Positions 51,104-62,053 of a stretch of 64,000 bases of DNA are shown here, piece after piece. Each line of letters starts with the position of its first letter. The first letter of the stretch is position 1. Made by a program: the position numbers and the translations under genes. Under the pieces are notes generated by a model, which searched no databases, was not told the origin of the DNA, and saw only the letters and a list, made by a program, of their open reading frames with translations. Source of the stretch: an uncultured Candidatus Rokubacteria bacterium (GTDB lineage: Bacteria > Methylomirabilota > Methylomirabilia > Rokubacteriales > DASRDR01). Location of the stretch: assembly GCA_963708025.1 (NCBI GenBank), contig CAVPSB010000049.1, positions 32,001-96,000 on the forward strand, in the 5' to 3' direction.

Positions 51104-53584
51104 CTACGTGGGGGTTCCGGACGCCGCGAAGTGGCCGGCGATGGCGGCGGCCAGCGCCGGGATCGTGTACTCGCGGGGCGCGATGCGGGCTTCGAGCCCG
51201 TACTCGGCGAGGGTGGCGGCCGTGATCGGTCCGATCGCCGCCAGCACGACACCGCCCAGCAGGCGCCGCACCTCCTCGGGGGCGAGGAGCGCCATGAAGC
51301 CGCGGACCGTCGACGAGCTGGTGAAGGTCACGACGTCCACCCGCCGCGCGTCGAGGAGGCCGACCACGTGATCGGCGCCCTCCTTCACCGGCACCGTCCG
51401 GTAGGCGGGCGCCACCGTGACCCGGACGCCGAGCGCGGCGAGCTCGCGCGGCACGACGTCCCGCGCCTCGGCCGCCCGCACCAGCAAGACCTCGCTGGCG
51501 GCCTCCACGTGGCCGCGGAGCGCGTCGACCAGGCCCTCCGCCCGGTATTCCGACGGCACCAGGTCGGCCCGCAGGCCGGCGCGCGCGAGCGATTCGGCGG
51601 TCTCCGGCCCGATGGCGGCCAGCCGGACGGCGGCCAGGGCCCGAGCGTCGCGCCCGGCCTCCAGCAATCGCTGCCGGAAGGCGGCCACGCCGTTCGCGCT
51701 CGTGAAGATGACCCACTGGTAGCGGGCGAGATCCGCGATCGCGGCGTCGAGCGGGGCGTAGTCGTCGGGGGGCTCGAGCCGGATGGTGGGGACGGCCACG
51801 ACCTCGGCCCCGTAGGCCTCCAGCAAGGCCGCGAACCGCGCCGCCTGCGGCCGGGGGCGGGTGATCACGACCCGGCGACCGAACAGCGGGCGGCGCTCCA
51901 GCCAGGCGAGCTTCGGCCGGAGCCGGGCGACCTCGCCGACCACGAGCACGGCGCGCTCGCCCGGTCCGACATCGCGCACCCGAGCCGACAGCTCGCCCAG
52001 GCCGGCGGTCGTGGTGCGCTGCCGGAAGCTCGCCGGGTCCGTGATGAGAGCGGCCGGCGTCCCGGGGTCGCGGCCACCGCGGATCAGGCCCTTGACGACA
52101 ACCGGCAAGGAGGCGCCGCTCACCTGCAGGAGGAGCGTGTCGGCCACGCCCGCGAGCCGGCGCCATCCAGCCGCGGGGAGGGAGGCCGGGTCGGGGAAGT
52201 CCAGGACGACGGTCCGCCCGAGCCGCGGATGACGCGGCGGGATCCCGGCACACACCGCGGCCGCCAGGGCCGGCGTCACCCCGGGCACCGCCTCGAAGGC
52301 GAGTCCGGCCGCGGCCAGCGCCTGCGCCTCGGCGCCGAAGTCGCCGGCGTCGCCGGCCAGCAGCCGGACGACGCGGAGCCCGGCGGTGGCCCGGGCGACC
52401 AGGAGCGCCGGCACGGCAGCCCGGGGCACGCCACTCCCGCCGTCATCGGGGCTCCCGGCGACGCGGATCCGCTCAGTCCCATCCGTGGCGAGATCGAGCA
52501 AGGATGCCGAAAGCTCGGCGTCGAAGACGACGACCTGAGCCTCGGCCAGCGCCCGCTGCCCCCGCAGCGTCAGGAGCCCGGCCTCCCCCGGCCCCGCGCC
52601 GACGAACACCACCGGCAGCCGCTCCGCGGTCGAATGGCTCCGTACCCTCCACGTCGAGCGCGCTCGCCTCGGCCGGCACACGATCTCCGCCGCCCCCCGC
52701 GCCAGCATCCAGTTCGCCACCCGCTGCCCCAGCTCGGCGGGGCTCTCCTCGCCACCGGTCTCGCCGTGCCGCAGCACGCGCGTCCCGTCCGGGGTCGCCA
52801 GGAAAGCATCGAGCCCGAGCCGGCCGGACCGCAGCCGGGCGTACGCGGCCAGCGGCGTCGTGCACGAGCCGCCGATCGCCTCCAGGAACGCCCGCTCGGC
52901 CAGGCTGGCCCGCCGGGTCTCGGGATGGTCCAGCGCGCCGACCCGGCGGCACGTCGCCTGGTCGTCCTCGCGCGTCTCCACGGCCAGGGTCCCCTGCCCG
53001 ACCGCCGGGAGCATGGTCTCGGCCTCGAGCAGCTCCGCGCCGGGCGGGGCGAGACGGAGGCGGGCCAGCCCGGCCGCGGCCAGGATGACGGCGTCGCAGG
53101 CCCCCTCGTCGAGCTTCCGCAGCCGGGTCTCCACGTTGCCGCGAATCGCCTCCACGACCAGGTCGGACCGGGCCGACAGCAGCTGGATCCGGCGCCGGAG
53201 GCTCGAGGTGCCCACCCGGGCGCCGGCCGGGAGGTCGGCGAGAGGCTTCCCCGTCCGGCTCACTAGCACGTCGCGCGGGTCCTCGCGCTCGGGGAACGCC
53301 GCCAGGACGAGCCGGGGCGGCCGGTCGGCCGGCACGTCCTTGAGGCTGTGCACGGCGACCTCGACGCGGCCATCGAGGAGCGCCTCCTCGATCTCCTTCA
53401 CGAACAGGCCCTTGCCGCCCACGGTGGCGAGGTCCGCGTGCGACAGCCGATCGCCCGACGTCCGGATCGCGACCAGCTCGACCGTGAGGCCGGGCCACGC
53501 GCGGCGGAGGCCCTCCGCCACCAGCTCCGCCTGGCGGAGCGCCAGCGGGCTTCCGCGAGTGCCGATGCGAACGCGCTCAATCAC
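51104..53584 (-). CDS. hemC: apparent fusion of HemC, a divergent CobA-like methyltransferase domain and HemD
   Basis: [38 protein letters not shown]; then VGAGPG..LLTLRG; then [26 protein letters not shown]. Confidence 0.8.
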   Translation of the reverse strand: MIERVRIGTRGSPLALRQAELVAEGLRRAWPGLTVELVAIRTSGDRLSHADLATVGGKGLFVKEIEEALLDGRVEVAVHSLKDVPADRPPRLVLAAFPEREDPRDVLVSRTGKPLADLPAGARVGTSSLRRRIQLLSARSDLVVEAIRGNVETRLRKLDEGACDAVILAAAGLARLRLAPPGAELLEAETMLPAVGQGTLAVETREDDQATCRRVGALDHPETRRASLAERAFLEAIGGSCTTPLAAYARLRSGRLGLDAFLATPDGTRVLRHGETGGEESPAELGQRVANWMLARGAAEIVCRPRRARSTWRVRSHSTAERLPVVFVGAGPGEAGLLTLRGQRALAEAQVVVFDAELSASLLDLATDGTERIRVAGSPDDGGSGVPRAAVPALLVARATAGLRVVRLLAGDAGDFGAEAQALAAAGLAFEAVPGVTPALAAAVCAGIPPRHPRLGRTVVLDFPDPASLPAAGWRRLAGVADTLLLQVSGASLPVVVKGLIRGGRDPGTPAALITDPASFRQRTTTAGLGELSARVRDVGPGERAVLVVGEVARLRPKLAWLERRPLFGRRVVITRPRPQAARFAALLEAYGAEVVAVPTIRLEPPDDYAPLDAAIADLARYQWVIFTSANGVAAFRQRLLEAGRDARALAAVRLAAIGPETAESLARAGLRADLVPSEYRAEGLVDALRGHVEAASEVLLVRAAEARDVVPRELAALGVRVTVAPAYRTVPVKEGADHVVGLLDARRVDVVTFTSSSTVRGFMALLAPEEVRRLLGGVVLAAIGPITAATLAEYGLEARIAPREYTIPALAAAIAGHFAASGTPT

Positions 53585-54433
53585 TCTCCGGGGGCTCTCC
53601 CACGCCCGCGAGCGCGGCGGCGCCCCGCCCCACCAACTCGAACAGCGGCAGGCGGTCGCCGGGGCGGAGGCTCCGGCGCTCCGGGATCGGGAGCGTGGCG
53701 AGGTCGACGCGCGAGAGCGCCCCCAGCAGGCTCCGCTTGAGTCCGGGATGCCCGCGCTCCAGCTCCCGCAGGAGCCGCTTCACCCGGTGGCGCTGGAGGG
53801 TCGGATCCTTGCAGCCCGGGCAGGCGCAGCAGACGACCGGGAAGCCGCGGGCCGGGACGTAGTCCAGGATCTCCGCCTCCCACGCGTAGACCAGCGGCCG
53901 GATCACGGTGTGCCGGCCGTTGCCGGCACGGAGCCGGGGATGCATCGCCTTGATCCGACCGTTGAAGAACAGGTTGAGGAGGAGCGTCTCGATGAAGTCG
54001 TCGGCGTGGTGCCCGAGGGCGATCTTGTTGCACCCGAGCTCGTCGGCGTACTTGTAGAGGGCACCCCGGCGGAGCCGCGCGCACAGCGAGCAGAAGGTGT
54101 CGCCGAGCTGGATCTTCTCCTTCACCGTCAGGTTAATGCGGGCGTTCCGCATCTCGTACGGGTAGCCTTCCCGGGCGAGGTAATCCTCGACGATGTCGGC
54201 CCGGTAACCGGGGAATCCCTGGTCCACGTTGAGCGCCACCAGGTCGAACCGCACCGGGGCCTTCCGCTGGAGGAGCCGGAGGAGGTGCAGGAGCGCCCAC
54301 GAATCCTTGCCGCCGGAGACACCGACCAGGATGCGGTCCCCGGGGCGATCAGGTCGAAGTCCCCGATCGCCTGCCCCAGGCGCCGCTCCAGCCGGTGCTC
54401 GAGCCGCTCGACCTCGCTCGCTGCTTGGTTCAT
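53577..54433 (-). CDS. ttcA: tRNA 2-thiocytidine synthetase (one apparent frameshift at ~54345)
   Basis: SGGKDS PP-loop, CSLCARLRRG, IALGHHADD, IRPL, CCACPGC. Confidence 0.85.
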
Positions 54434-54515
54434 GGACACGCCATCCGACGAGGGCACTCGATTGTAGCAATCCGCCCGACCCCGGTTCAACTTGCTTCGG
54501 CGGCTGGCAGTTTGC

Positions 54516-55301
54516 CTAGACCGACCCGGGCGATCCTCCGGACGCCGTCTCGTCCAGCGCGAGCGCGTCGCCACCGGCGTAGAGGTTGAAGCTGTCGTGC
54601 TGGAGGTAGCCGACGACGGTGACGCCGAGCTGCTCGGCCAGGCCGACGGCCATCTCGGTCGGCGAGGTCCGCGAGACGACCAGCGGCACGCCCATCCGGG
54701 CGCCCTTGAGCAGCATCTCGGAGGAGATGCGTCCGGTGTTCAGGAGGATGCGGTCCTTCGTCGAGACCCCCTTGAGCAAGGCCTCGCCGACCACCTTGTC
54801 CACCGCGTTGTGACGGCCCACGTCCTCGGCCATGAACAGGAGCCGATCCGGATCGGCCAGGCCCGCCCCGTGGATGCCGCGCGATGACCGGTAGCCAACC
54901 GCCTGGAGGTAGAGGTCCTTCATGCGCTCGAAGAGCCGGGTGGGCGGGACGCGCAGCGGCGACTCGACCCGGGCGAAGATGCGCGGGTCGATGCGGAAGG
55001 TGATCCCGCCGCCGCAGCCGGAGGTCAGGACGCGCTCCTTCGGAAGGTCCACCGGACCGGTCAGCTCGACCTCGGCCAACCCGTCCACCTCGGACACCGT
55101 GAGGCGCCGGACGTCGTCCACCGAGGCGATCACCTTCTCGAGCCAGAGGTAGCCGACCACCAGGCAGTCGAGCTTGGCCGGCGAGCAGAGCAGCGTGATG
55201 AACTTCTCGCCGTTCACGAAGACGGTGAGCGGCTGCTCCCGGACGACCTCGCCCCGGACCTCCCGCAGGCGACCCGTCTTCCAGTTGTAGTAGGCGCGCA
55301 T
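54516..55301 (-). CDS. fdhD: formate dehydrogenase accessory sulfurtransferase
   Basis: TSGCG, GIHGA, EDVGRHNAVDK, GRISSEM. Confidence 0.92.
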   Translation of the reverse strand: MRAYYNWKTGRLREVRGEVVREQPLTVFVNGEKFITLLCSPAKLDCLVVGYLWLEKVIASVDDVRRLTVSEVDGLAEVELTGPVDLPKERVLTSGCGGGITFRIDPRIFARVESPLRVPPTRLFERMKDLYLQAVGYRSSRGIHGAGLADPDRLLFMAEDVGRHNAVDKVVGEALLKGVSTKDRILLNTGRISSEMLLKGARMGVPLVVSRTSPTEMAVGLAEQLGVTVVGYLQHDSFNLYAGGDALALDETASGGSPGSV

Positions 55302-55369
55302 GGTGCTGACACCAGCCTAGGCCGCGAGCGCACGGAAAGGCAAGGGATTCGCGGCCGGTCGGCCGCCGG

Positions 55370-56240
55370 TCAGGCCGGGGTCGAGGGCTGGAGCTGGACG
55401 AGGGTCGGGATACCCCGCCAGTACCCCTTCCGCCGGGCGACCAGGTCCAGGTGGGGCGAGCCCCAGTCCTCGACCAGCGCCGAGCCGGCGTTCCAGCGCA
55501 CCCGGCGGTCCAGCTCCTTGAGGTAGCCGTGGCAGGCCTGGCAGGCGCTGATCAGGTACCCCTCCTCCCGCTCCTCGCCCTGGAGGCGCACGAGGTCCTG
55601 GGGGCGCCGGGTGCCGCAGTGCGGGCATTGGAGCCGCGCGAACCCCCAGCCGGCGGCGCAGACGTGACACGCCAGGACCCGCTGGCCGTCCTCCCGCAGA
55701 TCGCCGAACCCGGGGGGCGCCCCGCAGAACGGGCACACCCCGAGATCCCAGATGCCGGGAGCTCAGGTGGGCCCGGCTCTCCGCGAAGTACGCGGCCAGG
55801 ATCGGCCGGAGACTCGCGCTGGCGACGAAGCCGAGCGCTTCCGCCGAGAGCCCGGTCGCGTCCCGGAGCGCGGCTGACCCGAGGCGCCCCCGCTCCGGGA
55901 ACAGGCCCTCGGGCCGGACGGCGCCCCGATCCCACGCCTCGGCGAGGCGCTGGAGGGCCTCGCCCTCCTCACCCACCGCGGCGAGGAACTCCAGGGCGGC
56001 GGCGACGAGCTCTTCCATCGCGGCCGGCGGGATCGCGGGTCGGGAGTCGACGAGCAGGGGCACGCCCCGCTGCCAGCGTGCCCGACACTCCTCGGAGCTC
56101 CACCCGAGAGGCGGGAGCGGCCGCTCGGGAACGGCCGCCCAGGCTTCGAAGATCAGCGCGTAGGGCGCCAGCGGCTCGCGAAAGGTCGGGCGGCGCTCGA
56201 GCAGCGCCGCCCACTCCGCGCGGAGCGTGGGGTTCGTCAC
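55370..56240 (-). CDS. fdhE: formate dehydrogenase accessory protein (frameshift at ~55760)
   Basis: CPFCG.PP, CHVC, RLQCPHCG, CQACHGYLKELD, LDLVA. Confidence 0.8.
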
Positions 56241-56262
56241 CGGCCCCAGACGTCGAGCCGGA

Positions 56263-57204
56263 TCAGGTCCCTCCCACCTGCCCGGCGGCGATGATCACGT
56301 ACTTGGTGATGAAGCCGCCGATCAGGACGAGGAGCGAGGCCAGCATGGCCATGGCCGGGCCGGGCCGCTTGGTGGCCCCGCTGAGCTGGATCGCCAGCGG
56401 CGCGATCACGCCCACGACCACGGCACCCAGCCAGAACGTGAGGCTGTACGGGCCGCCGATCAGCGCGCCGAGCGCCTGGCCGATCCCGGCCGAGCCGGCC
56501 CCCTTCACCGACACGACGAAGAGGACGAGAGCCACCAGCTGGACCACCAGGGCGAAGGCCGTGACGCGCATCAGCCGGCCCAGCGCGTCGGCCGCCGCCC
56601 CGCCGACCAGGCTCAGGGCCAGCGCGATGGCGGCGCCGCCGGTCGAGGCGCCGATCGCCAGGAAGAGCGCGCCGAGCCAGTGGGCGTTGATGAAGAGCGG
56701 CCGCGCCGTCGAGCCGAGGAGGACGCCCGGGTACGCGGCCAGGAAGAAGCCGAAGATGGAGCCGATCAGGCCGACCACGAGCCGGAGCCCGGGGATGCTC
56801 TTGCCGCCGCGCTGCTCGAGGAACGTGTCCAGCGCGGCCAGCGTGGCGCAGCCCCCGAAGACCAGCAGCGCCCAGGCGCCGACGCTCATGGCGGAGAACG
56901 GCTTGAGATGGAAGGGGCCGACCGTGACGGCATCCATGCCGATCGCCGTGCTCGGCTTCGACACCATCATCATGTGGAGGAACCGCGTCGGGAGGCCGAG
57001 ATCCGCGATCAGGAGGATCGGGCACGGGAGCATCGCCAGGAAGGCGATGTAGTACCCGGCCCGGACCACGTCCCGGTACCGGCGCGCGTCGAGCAGGTAG
57101 GCGGCCGTGGCGATGACGAATGCGCCACCCGCGAGCCCGCCGAGGAAGAAGTAGACGTCGATCAGGAGCGGCCAGTCCGCGCTCTTGAGGAGACCCGGTT
57201 CCAT
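56263..57204 (-). CDS. NrfD/PsrC-family membrane anchor of formate dehydrogenase
   Basis: YFFLGGLAGG, LIADLG.P.RF, SAMSVGAW, YPGVLL..TARP; about eight TM segments. Confidence 0.85.
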   Translation of the reverse strand: MEPGLLKSADWPLLIDVYFFLGGLAGGAFVIATAAYLLDARRYRDVVRAGYYIAFLAMLPCPILLIADLGLPTRFLHMMMVSKPSTAIGMDAVTVGPFHLKPFSAMSVGAWALLVFGGCATLAALDTFLEQRGGKSIPGLRLVVGLIGSIFGFFLAAYPGVLLGSTARPLFINAHWLGALFLAIGASTGGAAIALALSLVGGAAADALGRLMRVTAFALVVQLVALVLFVVSVKGAGSAGIGQALGALIGGPYSLTFWLGAVVVGVIAPLAIQLSGATKRPGPAMAMLASLLVLIGGFITKYVIIAAGQVGGT

Positions 57205-57980
57205 CACGCGTCCCCCTTGCCACTCCGGTCCCGGAACGCCATGACGGCGCCGAGGCCGATCAGGATCGCCGAGCCGATGGACAGCACGGAGTCGATGAAG
57301 ACGTTCCGCTGGGGGAGCTTCGGCTGGGCGGGGAGCCCGTAGGTCGCCGGCTTCCCCAGCAGCAGGAAGAACGCGTTCAGCCCGCCGAGCGGTCCGTTCT
57401 GGTCCTCGCCGTAGAGCTGGGCGCTGGCGTAGCCCTGCTTCTTGAGCTCCTCGACGCGCTTCCGGGCCACCACCGCCAGCTCGTCGCGGAACCCGAACTT
57501 GATGGACTGGGTGGGACAGGCCTTGGCGCAGGCGGGCCCGAGCCCGTTGTGGATCCGGTCGTTGCAGAACGTGCACTTGGTGGCGGTCCCGGTGTCGTGG
57601 TTGAACGCGACGACGCCGAACGGGCAGGCCGAGACGCAGTACCGGCAGCCGTTACAGATGTCCTGGTTGATGTTGACGGTGCCGTGCTCGGTCCGGTAGA
57701 TGGCGCCGGTGGGGCAGGCTTCCAGGCACCCGGCCTGGGCGCAGTGCTTGCACACGTCCGACATCATGTGCCACTGCTTGATCTGCCCCTTGTCGTCGGT
57801 CTCCTCGAAGAACCGGACGAGCCGGTAGCTCTTGTCGGTGAAATGGGCGTGGTTCTGATAGGTGCCGGTCCACTCCGGCTCCTCATGCGCGAGCTGGTTC
57901 CACTGCTTGCAGGCGACCTGGCAGGCGCGGCACCCGATGCACAGCGAGACGTCCGTGAACATCGCGAGCGTGCGGGCCAT
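57204..57980 (-). CDS. fdhB: formate dehydrogenase Fe-S subunit beta
   Basis: CIGCRACQVACK, CKHC..AGC..ACP, CNGCRYC..ACP, KCTFC; C-terminal TM segment. Confidence 0.9.
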   Translation of the reverse strand: MARTLAMFTDVSLCIGCRACQVACKQWNQLAHEEPEWTGTYQNHAHFTDKSYRLVRFFEETDDKGQIKQWHMMSDVCKHCAQAGCLEACPTGAIYRTEHGTVNINQDICNGCRYCVSACPFGVVAFNHDTGTATKCTFCNDRIHNGLGPACAKACPTQSIKFGFRDELAVVARKRVEELKKQGYASAQLYGEDQNGPLGGLNAFFLLLGKPATYGLPAQPKLPQRNVFIDSVLSIGSAILIGLGAVMAFRDRSGKGDA

Positions 57981-57982
57981 GG

Positions 57983-60900
57983 CTACGCCTCCTTCTTCAC
58001 GTTGCAGAGGAGGGCCTTGGACTCCTGGATGAACGTCGTCGGGTCACCGAGGCTCGCGACGAGGTCGTTGGTGATGTCCCCCCGGGCCGACTTCATGACG
58101 CCCTGGTACCCCCAGTGCCACGGGATACCGACCTGGTACACCTTCTTCCCGTTGATGATGAACGGCTTGATGCGCTCGGTGACCATCGCCTGGACCTTGA
58201 TCTTGGCCCGCGGCGTCTCCACCGTGACCATGTCGCCGTTCTTGATCCCCAGCTCCTTGGCCATCTCGGGGCCGATCTCGGCGAAGTGACCGTAGAACAG
58301 CTCGGAGAGCCACGGGATGTGGCGGGACATCCCCGCCGCGTGGTGCTCGGTCAGCCGGTAGGTCGTGAGGACGTACGGGTACTTGTCGGGCGTCCCGAGC
58401 TTGTTGAGGTCGCCGATGTCGTAGACCTTGGCCACCGGGTTGTTCTGGACCTTGGAGAGCAGGTTCTGGGTCGGCGACTCGAACGGCTCGTAGTGCTCGG
58501 GGAACGGGCCGTCGAGGACCGAGGCGAAGAACTGCCCGAGGCCGTGGGGGTTCATGATGAACGCGTCCGTGCCGCTGATGCCCTTGAAGGGCCCGTCCTT
58601 GGCCCGCGGGGCATCAGGCGCCATGGTCCCGGCGAAATCCGCCACGTCGTTGCCCACCCACTTCTTCTGGGCGGCGTCCCACCAGATGAGCTTCTTCTTC
58701 TCGCTCCAGGGCTTGCCGGAGGGATCCGCCGAGGCACGGTTGTAGAGGATCCGGCGGTTGGCCGGCCAGGCGAAGCCCCAGCCGTGCCCGAGGTAGTCGC
58801 CTTCCTTCGGCTTCTCCCGGCGGAGGGCCAGGTTCTTCCCCTCCTCGGGATAGATCCCGGTGTAGATCCAGTTGCCGCAGGCCGTCGAGCCGTCGTCCCG
58901 AAGGTGGGCGAAGGTCTTCATCGGCTGACCATTCTTGTAGACGAACTCGCCCGGCTTGTCCTTGTCCGGGATGTCCTCGGTGGCGTACCCGTTGCACTCC
59001 TTCAGCACCAGCTCCATCTTGGGCTCCTTCTTCGGGCCCTGGGGCTGGTAGTCCCACACGAGGTCCAGGATCGGCCGGTCCTTCTTCGCCGTGGAGTCCT
59101 TGTAGAGCGCCTTCACGCGGCTGCCGACGTCCACGATGAACGCGGCGTCGGAGCGGGCGTCCCCGGGCGGATCCACCGCTTTGAGGTGCCACTGGGCCAG
59201 CCGCATGGTGTTGGTGATCGAGCCGTCCTTCTCGGCGGCCGGGGCGCCCGGAATGAAGAACACCTCCACCTGCGACGACTTGGGATCGACCCCCGGCTCC
59301 TTCCACACCGTGGCGGTCTCGGTCTCGAAGAGATCGACCACCACCAGCCACTCGAGGCTGCGGAGGGCCTGGCGGGCCATCTTGGCGTTGGGGCTGTCCA
59401 CCGCCGGGTTCTGCCCCATGACGAGGAAGCCCTTGACCTGCTTCTTCAGCATCCCGACCAGGAAGTGCTGGTGGGAATAGGCGTCGCCCTTCTCCCGCTT
59501 GGGGAGGTAGTCGTAGGCGTAGTCGTTCTCTTTCTTCGCCGCCGGGCCCCACCAGGCCTTGAGCAGGCTGACCACGAACTTCGGGTTGTTGACCCAGTAC
59601 CCGCCCTTGGGGGTTGTCTTCTCGAGGTACTCGGTCAGCGTCTGATGCGGCGCCTGGAGCGGCTCGGCCGGATAGCCGGGCAGCATGTGATAGAGGGTGC
59701 CGAAGTCGGTCGCCCCCTGAACGTTCGAGTGACCACGCAGGGCGACCACCCCGCCGCCGGGGCGCCCGATGTTGCCCAGGATGAGCTGCAGCATGCAGAG
59801 CGCCCGGATCTGCTGGACGCCGTTGGTGGACTGGTTGAGCTGGAGCGCGTAGGAGGCGGTGGCGGTCTTGTCCGGTCCCGACGCCGAGCAGTAGACGTCC
59901 GCCACCTTCAGGAACAGCTCCTTCGGGATCCCGCACACCTTTTCCACCATCTCGGGGGTGTACCGCGCGTAGTGATGGCGGAGCTGCTGAAAGACGCAGT
60001 TCGGGTCCTTCAAGGTCTTGTCCTGCTTGGGGTAGCCCTCGCCGTCGAGCTGGAACTTCCAGGTGGACTGGTCGTACGCTCGCTTGCCGGCGTCATAGCC
60101 GCTGAAGAGCCCGTCGAGGTCGGCGGGACCCTTGAAGGCCGGGTCGACCAGGAGCGAGGCGTTGGTGTAGGCCACCACGTAGTCGTGGAAGTACTTCTTG
60201 CTCTCGATCGCGTACCGGATCAGGCCGCCGAAGAACACGATGTTCGTCCCCGACCGGATGGGGACCCAGATGTCGGCGGTGGCCGAGGTCCGGGTGAAGC
60301 GCGGGTCCACGTGGATGATCTTGGCCCCGCGCTCCTTGGCCTTCATGACCCACTTGTAGCTGACCGGGTGACACTCCGCCCAGTTGGACGTGGGCATGAT
60401 GACGTCGGCATTCACGACGTCGATCAGGTTGGTCGTCATCGCGCCGCGGCCGAAGGTCGCGCCAAGCGCGGGCACCGTCGCCGAGTGGCACAGGCGGGCG
60501 GAGTTCTCGAGATTCACCAGCCCGAGGCCGCGGGAGAGCTTGGCGATCAGGTAGTTCTCCTCGTTGTCCAGCACCGAGGAGCCGAGCCAGGCGATCCCCT
60601 CGCAGCGGTTGACGGTGACCTCCTTGTCGGCGACCTTCGCGGTCTCGACGAACGACGCGTCCCGGGCCTTCTTCATCCGCTGGGCGATCTGGTCCATCAT
60701 CCAGTCGAGGGGCTTCTCCTCCCACCGATCGCTCCCTGCCGCCCGGTACAGGCACTTGCTGATCCGGCGCTCGTTCAGCGAGAGCTGGTAAGTCGAGGAG
60801 CCCTTGGGACAGAGCGCCCCCTCGGTGTGCGGGGTGTCAGGATCGCCTTCGATGTCGACGATCTTGTTGTCCTTGACGTAGATGAGCTGGGCGCAGCCCA

Positions 60901-61063
60901 CCGCGCAATAGGGACAGACGCCAGGAAACGCCTTCGCTTCCTTCAGCCGGATCGAGGTGGCGGCCGCCTCGACGGGGGCCAGATCGATCCCCCGGGCGCC
61001 GACGGCGACACCGGCCGCACTCGCGCCGGACCACTTGAAGAAGTCGCGTCGAGACAGGCTCAT
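57983..61063 (-). CDS. fdnG: Tat-exported formate dehydrogenase alpha subunit (Cys-type)
   Basis: SRRDFFK, CPYCAVGC, ARLCHS, FGRGAMT, LRGHSNVQG, WPANRRILYNRASAD, TYRLTEH. Confidence 0.93.
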   Translation of the reverse strand: MSLSRRDFFKWSGASAAGVAVGARGIDLAPVEAAATSIRLKEAKAFPGVCPYCAVGCAQLIYVKDNKIVDIEGDPDTPHTEGALCPKGSSTYQLSLNERRISKCLYRAAGSDRWEEKPLDWMMDQIAQRMKKARDASFVETAKVADKEVTVNRCEGIAWLGSSVLDNEENYLIAKLSRGLGLVNLENSARLCHSATVPALGATFGRGAMTTNLIDVVNADVIMPTSNWAECHPVSYKWVMKAKERGAKIIHVDPRFTRTSATADIWVPIRSGTNIVFFGGLIRYAIESKKYFHDYVVAYTNASLLVDPAFKGPADLDGLFSGYDAGKRAYDQSTWKFQLDGEGYPKQDKTLKDPNCVFQQLRHHYARYTPEMVEKVCGIPKELFLKVADVYCSASGPDKTATASYALQLNQSTNGVQQIRALCMLQLILGNIGRPGGGVVALRGHSNVQGATDFGTLYHMLPGYPAEPLQAPHQTLTEYLEKTTPKGGYWVNNPKFVVSLLKAWWGPAAKKENDYAYDYLPKREKGDAYSHQHFLVGMLKKQVKGFLVMGQNPAVDSPNAKMARQALRSLEWLVVVDLFETETATVWKEPGVDPKSSQVEVFFIPGAPAAEKDGSITNTMRLAQWHLKAVDPPGDARSDAAFIVDVGSRVKALYKDSTAKKDRPILDLVWDYQPQGPKKEPKMELVLKECNGYATEDIPDKDKPGEFVYKNGQPMKTFAHLRDDGSTACGNWIYTGIYPEEGKNLALRREKPKEGDYLGHGWGFAWPANRRILYNRASADPSGKPWSEKKKLIWWDAAQKKWVGNDVADFAGTMAPDAPRAKDGPFKGISGTDAFIMNPHGLGQFFASVLDGPFPEHYEPFESPTQNLLSKVQNNPVAKVYDIGDLNKLGTPDKYPYVLTTYRLTEHHAAGMSRHIPWLSELFYGHFAEIGPEMAKELGIKNGDMVTVETPRAKIKVQAMVTERIKPFIINGKKVYQVGIPWHWGYQGVMKSARGDITNDLVASLGDPTTFIQESKALLCNVKKEA

Positions 61064-61181
61064 GGCGACACTCCTCCGGGCTCACCGGGTTCAGAAACCA
61101 GGATGGGTCGGCCAGGGACGGGTGTCCGGCCGTCGTGCCCGCGGGCCTTCGAGCGGGAGGCGGCGTGTGCCAGCACGGGGC

Positions 61182-61460
61182 TCAGAGCTCGGGGCTGGCC
61201 CACTCTTCCCACGCGCGGCGCACCACGATCAGCCTCTCGGGGCGCCCCGCGGGGGATTCCACCTTGATGATGTCACCGGGGTTGAGCGCGTCGAGGTCGG
61301 TCGTCGTCCCCTCTTCGGTCACGACGAGCGTGCGCTCCTGACAGGACAGCTCCGAGCACCGGTCCTCGGCGCCCCGGACGCGCACGCGGCCCTGCGCCTT
61401 GTCGACCTCGACCACCAAGAAGCGAGTCTGCTGCAGCCAATCGGTGAGACTCTGCGCCAT
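61182..61460 (-). CDS. small hypothetical protein upstream of the fdh operon
   Basis: GGAGGT RBS, GC-biased codons, possible OB-like segment LNPGDIIKVE. Confidence 0.6.
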   Translation of the reverse strand: MAQSLTDWLQQTRFLVVEVDKAQGRVRVRGAEDRCSELSCQERTLVVTEEGTTTDLDALNPGDIIKVESPAGRPERLIVVRRAWEEWASPEL

Positions 61461-61506
61461 GGCCGACACCTCCGTGATGGCGGGGGCGTGGATCGACGGT
61501 TGCCGC

Positions 61507-61535
61507 ATGGTAGTGTGGTCTGACCGCCGTGTCAA
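61507..61535 (-). promoter_or_regulatory. sigma70-like promoter of the fdh region
   Basis: Minus strand TTGACA-N17-TACCAT with AT-rich upstream sequence. Confidence 0.55.
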
Positions 61536-61594
61536 GTAACTGCCATAACGCCTAAATTCCAGGCGCTGGAGCCTCCAGGAGGGGCTGGATCGGG

Positions 61595-61933
61595 TCAGGG
61601 ACTCGGGGTTTCCCCGACAGAGGGGCGATCGGGGGCGGGCGGGCGGGCGTAGGCCCGCAGTGACTCCTCGAGGAGCTGGCGCGCCTCTTCCGGCCGGCCG
61701 GCCTCCAGCCGCTCGACCACGCGCCGACCGGTGGCGGGGCTCAGGATCGCTCCGTTGCTGACGGGGTCGTAGAGCCGGCCCAGCTCGACGACGACGCCCT
61801 TGACGCGTCCGACGTCCTCGAGGTGGTCGAGGGCCTCGCGGAACAGGTCGATGGCGGGGTCGTCGCGCTTCCGCAGCTTCCCGCGCCGGAAGACCAGGTC
61901 CTGGCCAGGGTCGGGACGATGCTCGTCAGCCAT
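61595..61933 (-). CDS. hypothetical protein
   Basis: 112-aa ORF MADEHRPD... with protein-like composition; TATAAT shortly upstream. Confidence 0.55.
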   Translation of the reverse strand: MADEHRPDPGQDLVFRRGKLRKRDDPAIDLFREALDHLEDVGRVKGVVVELGRLYDPVSNGAILSPATGRRVVERLEAGRPEEARQLLEESLRAYARPPAPDRPSVGETPSP

Positions 61934-62053
61934 CGGCGGGCCCCGATTATACCAGGGCTCGCCGACACCCCGGCAGTCCGCCGACCCGCTGTCGAAATCG
62001 CTTGACCGCCTCGCAGCCTGGGCACTAGGCTGGGCAGCCATGGGAGCCCGGCC

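Noticed and set aside
57983-61063. Selenocysteine formate dehydrogenase
   Set aside because: The active-site codon is TGC (ARLCHS) and the ORF is uninterrupted
58115-61267. Long antisense and alternative-frame ORFs (this one and many others)
   Set aside because: Shadow ORFs expected at very high GC; Arg/Pro/Gly-rich or mirror real genes, with no motifs
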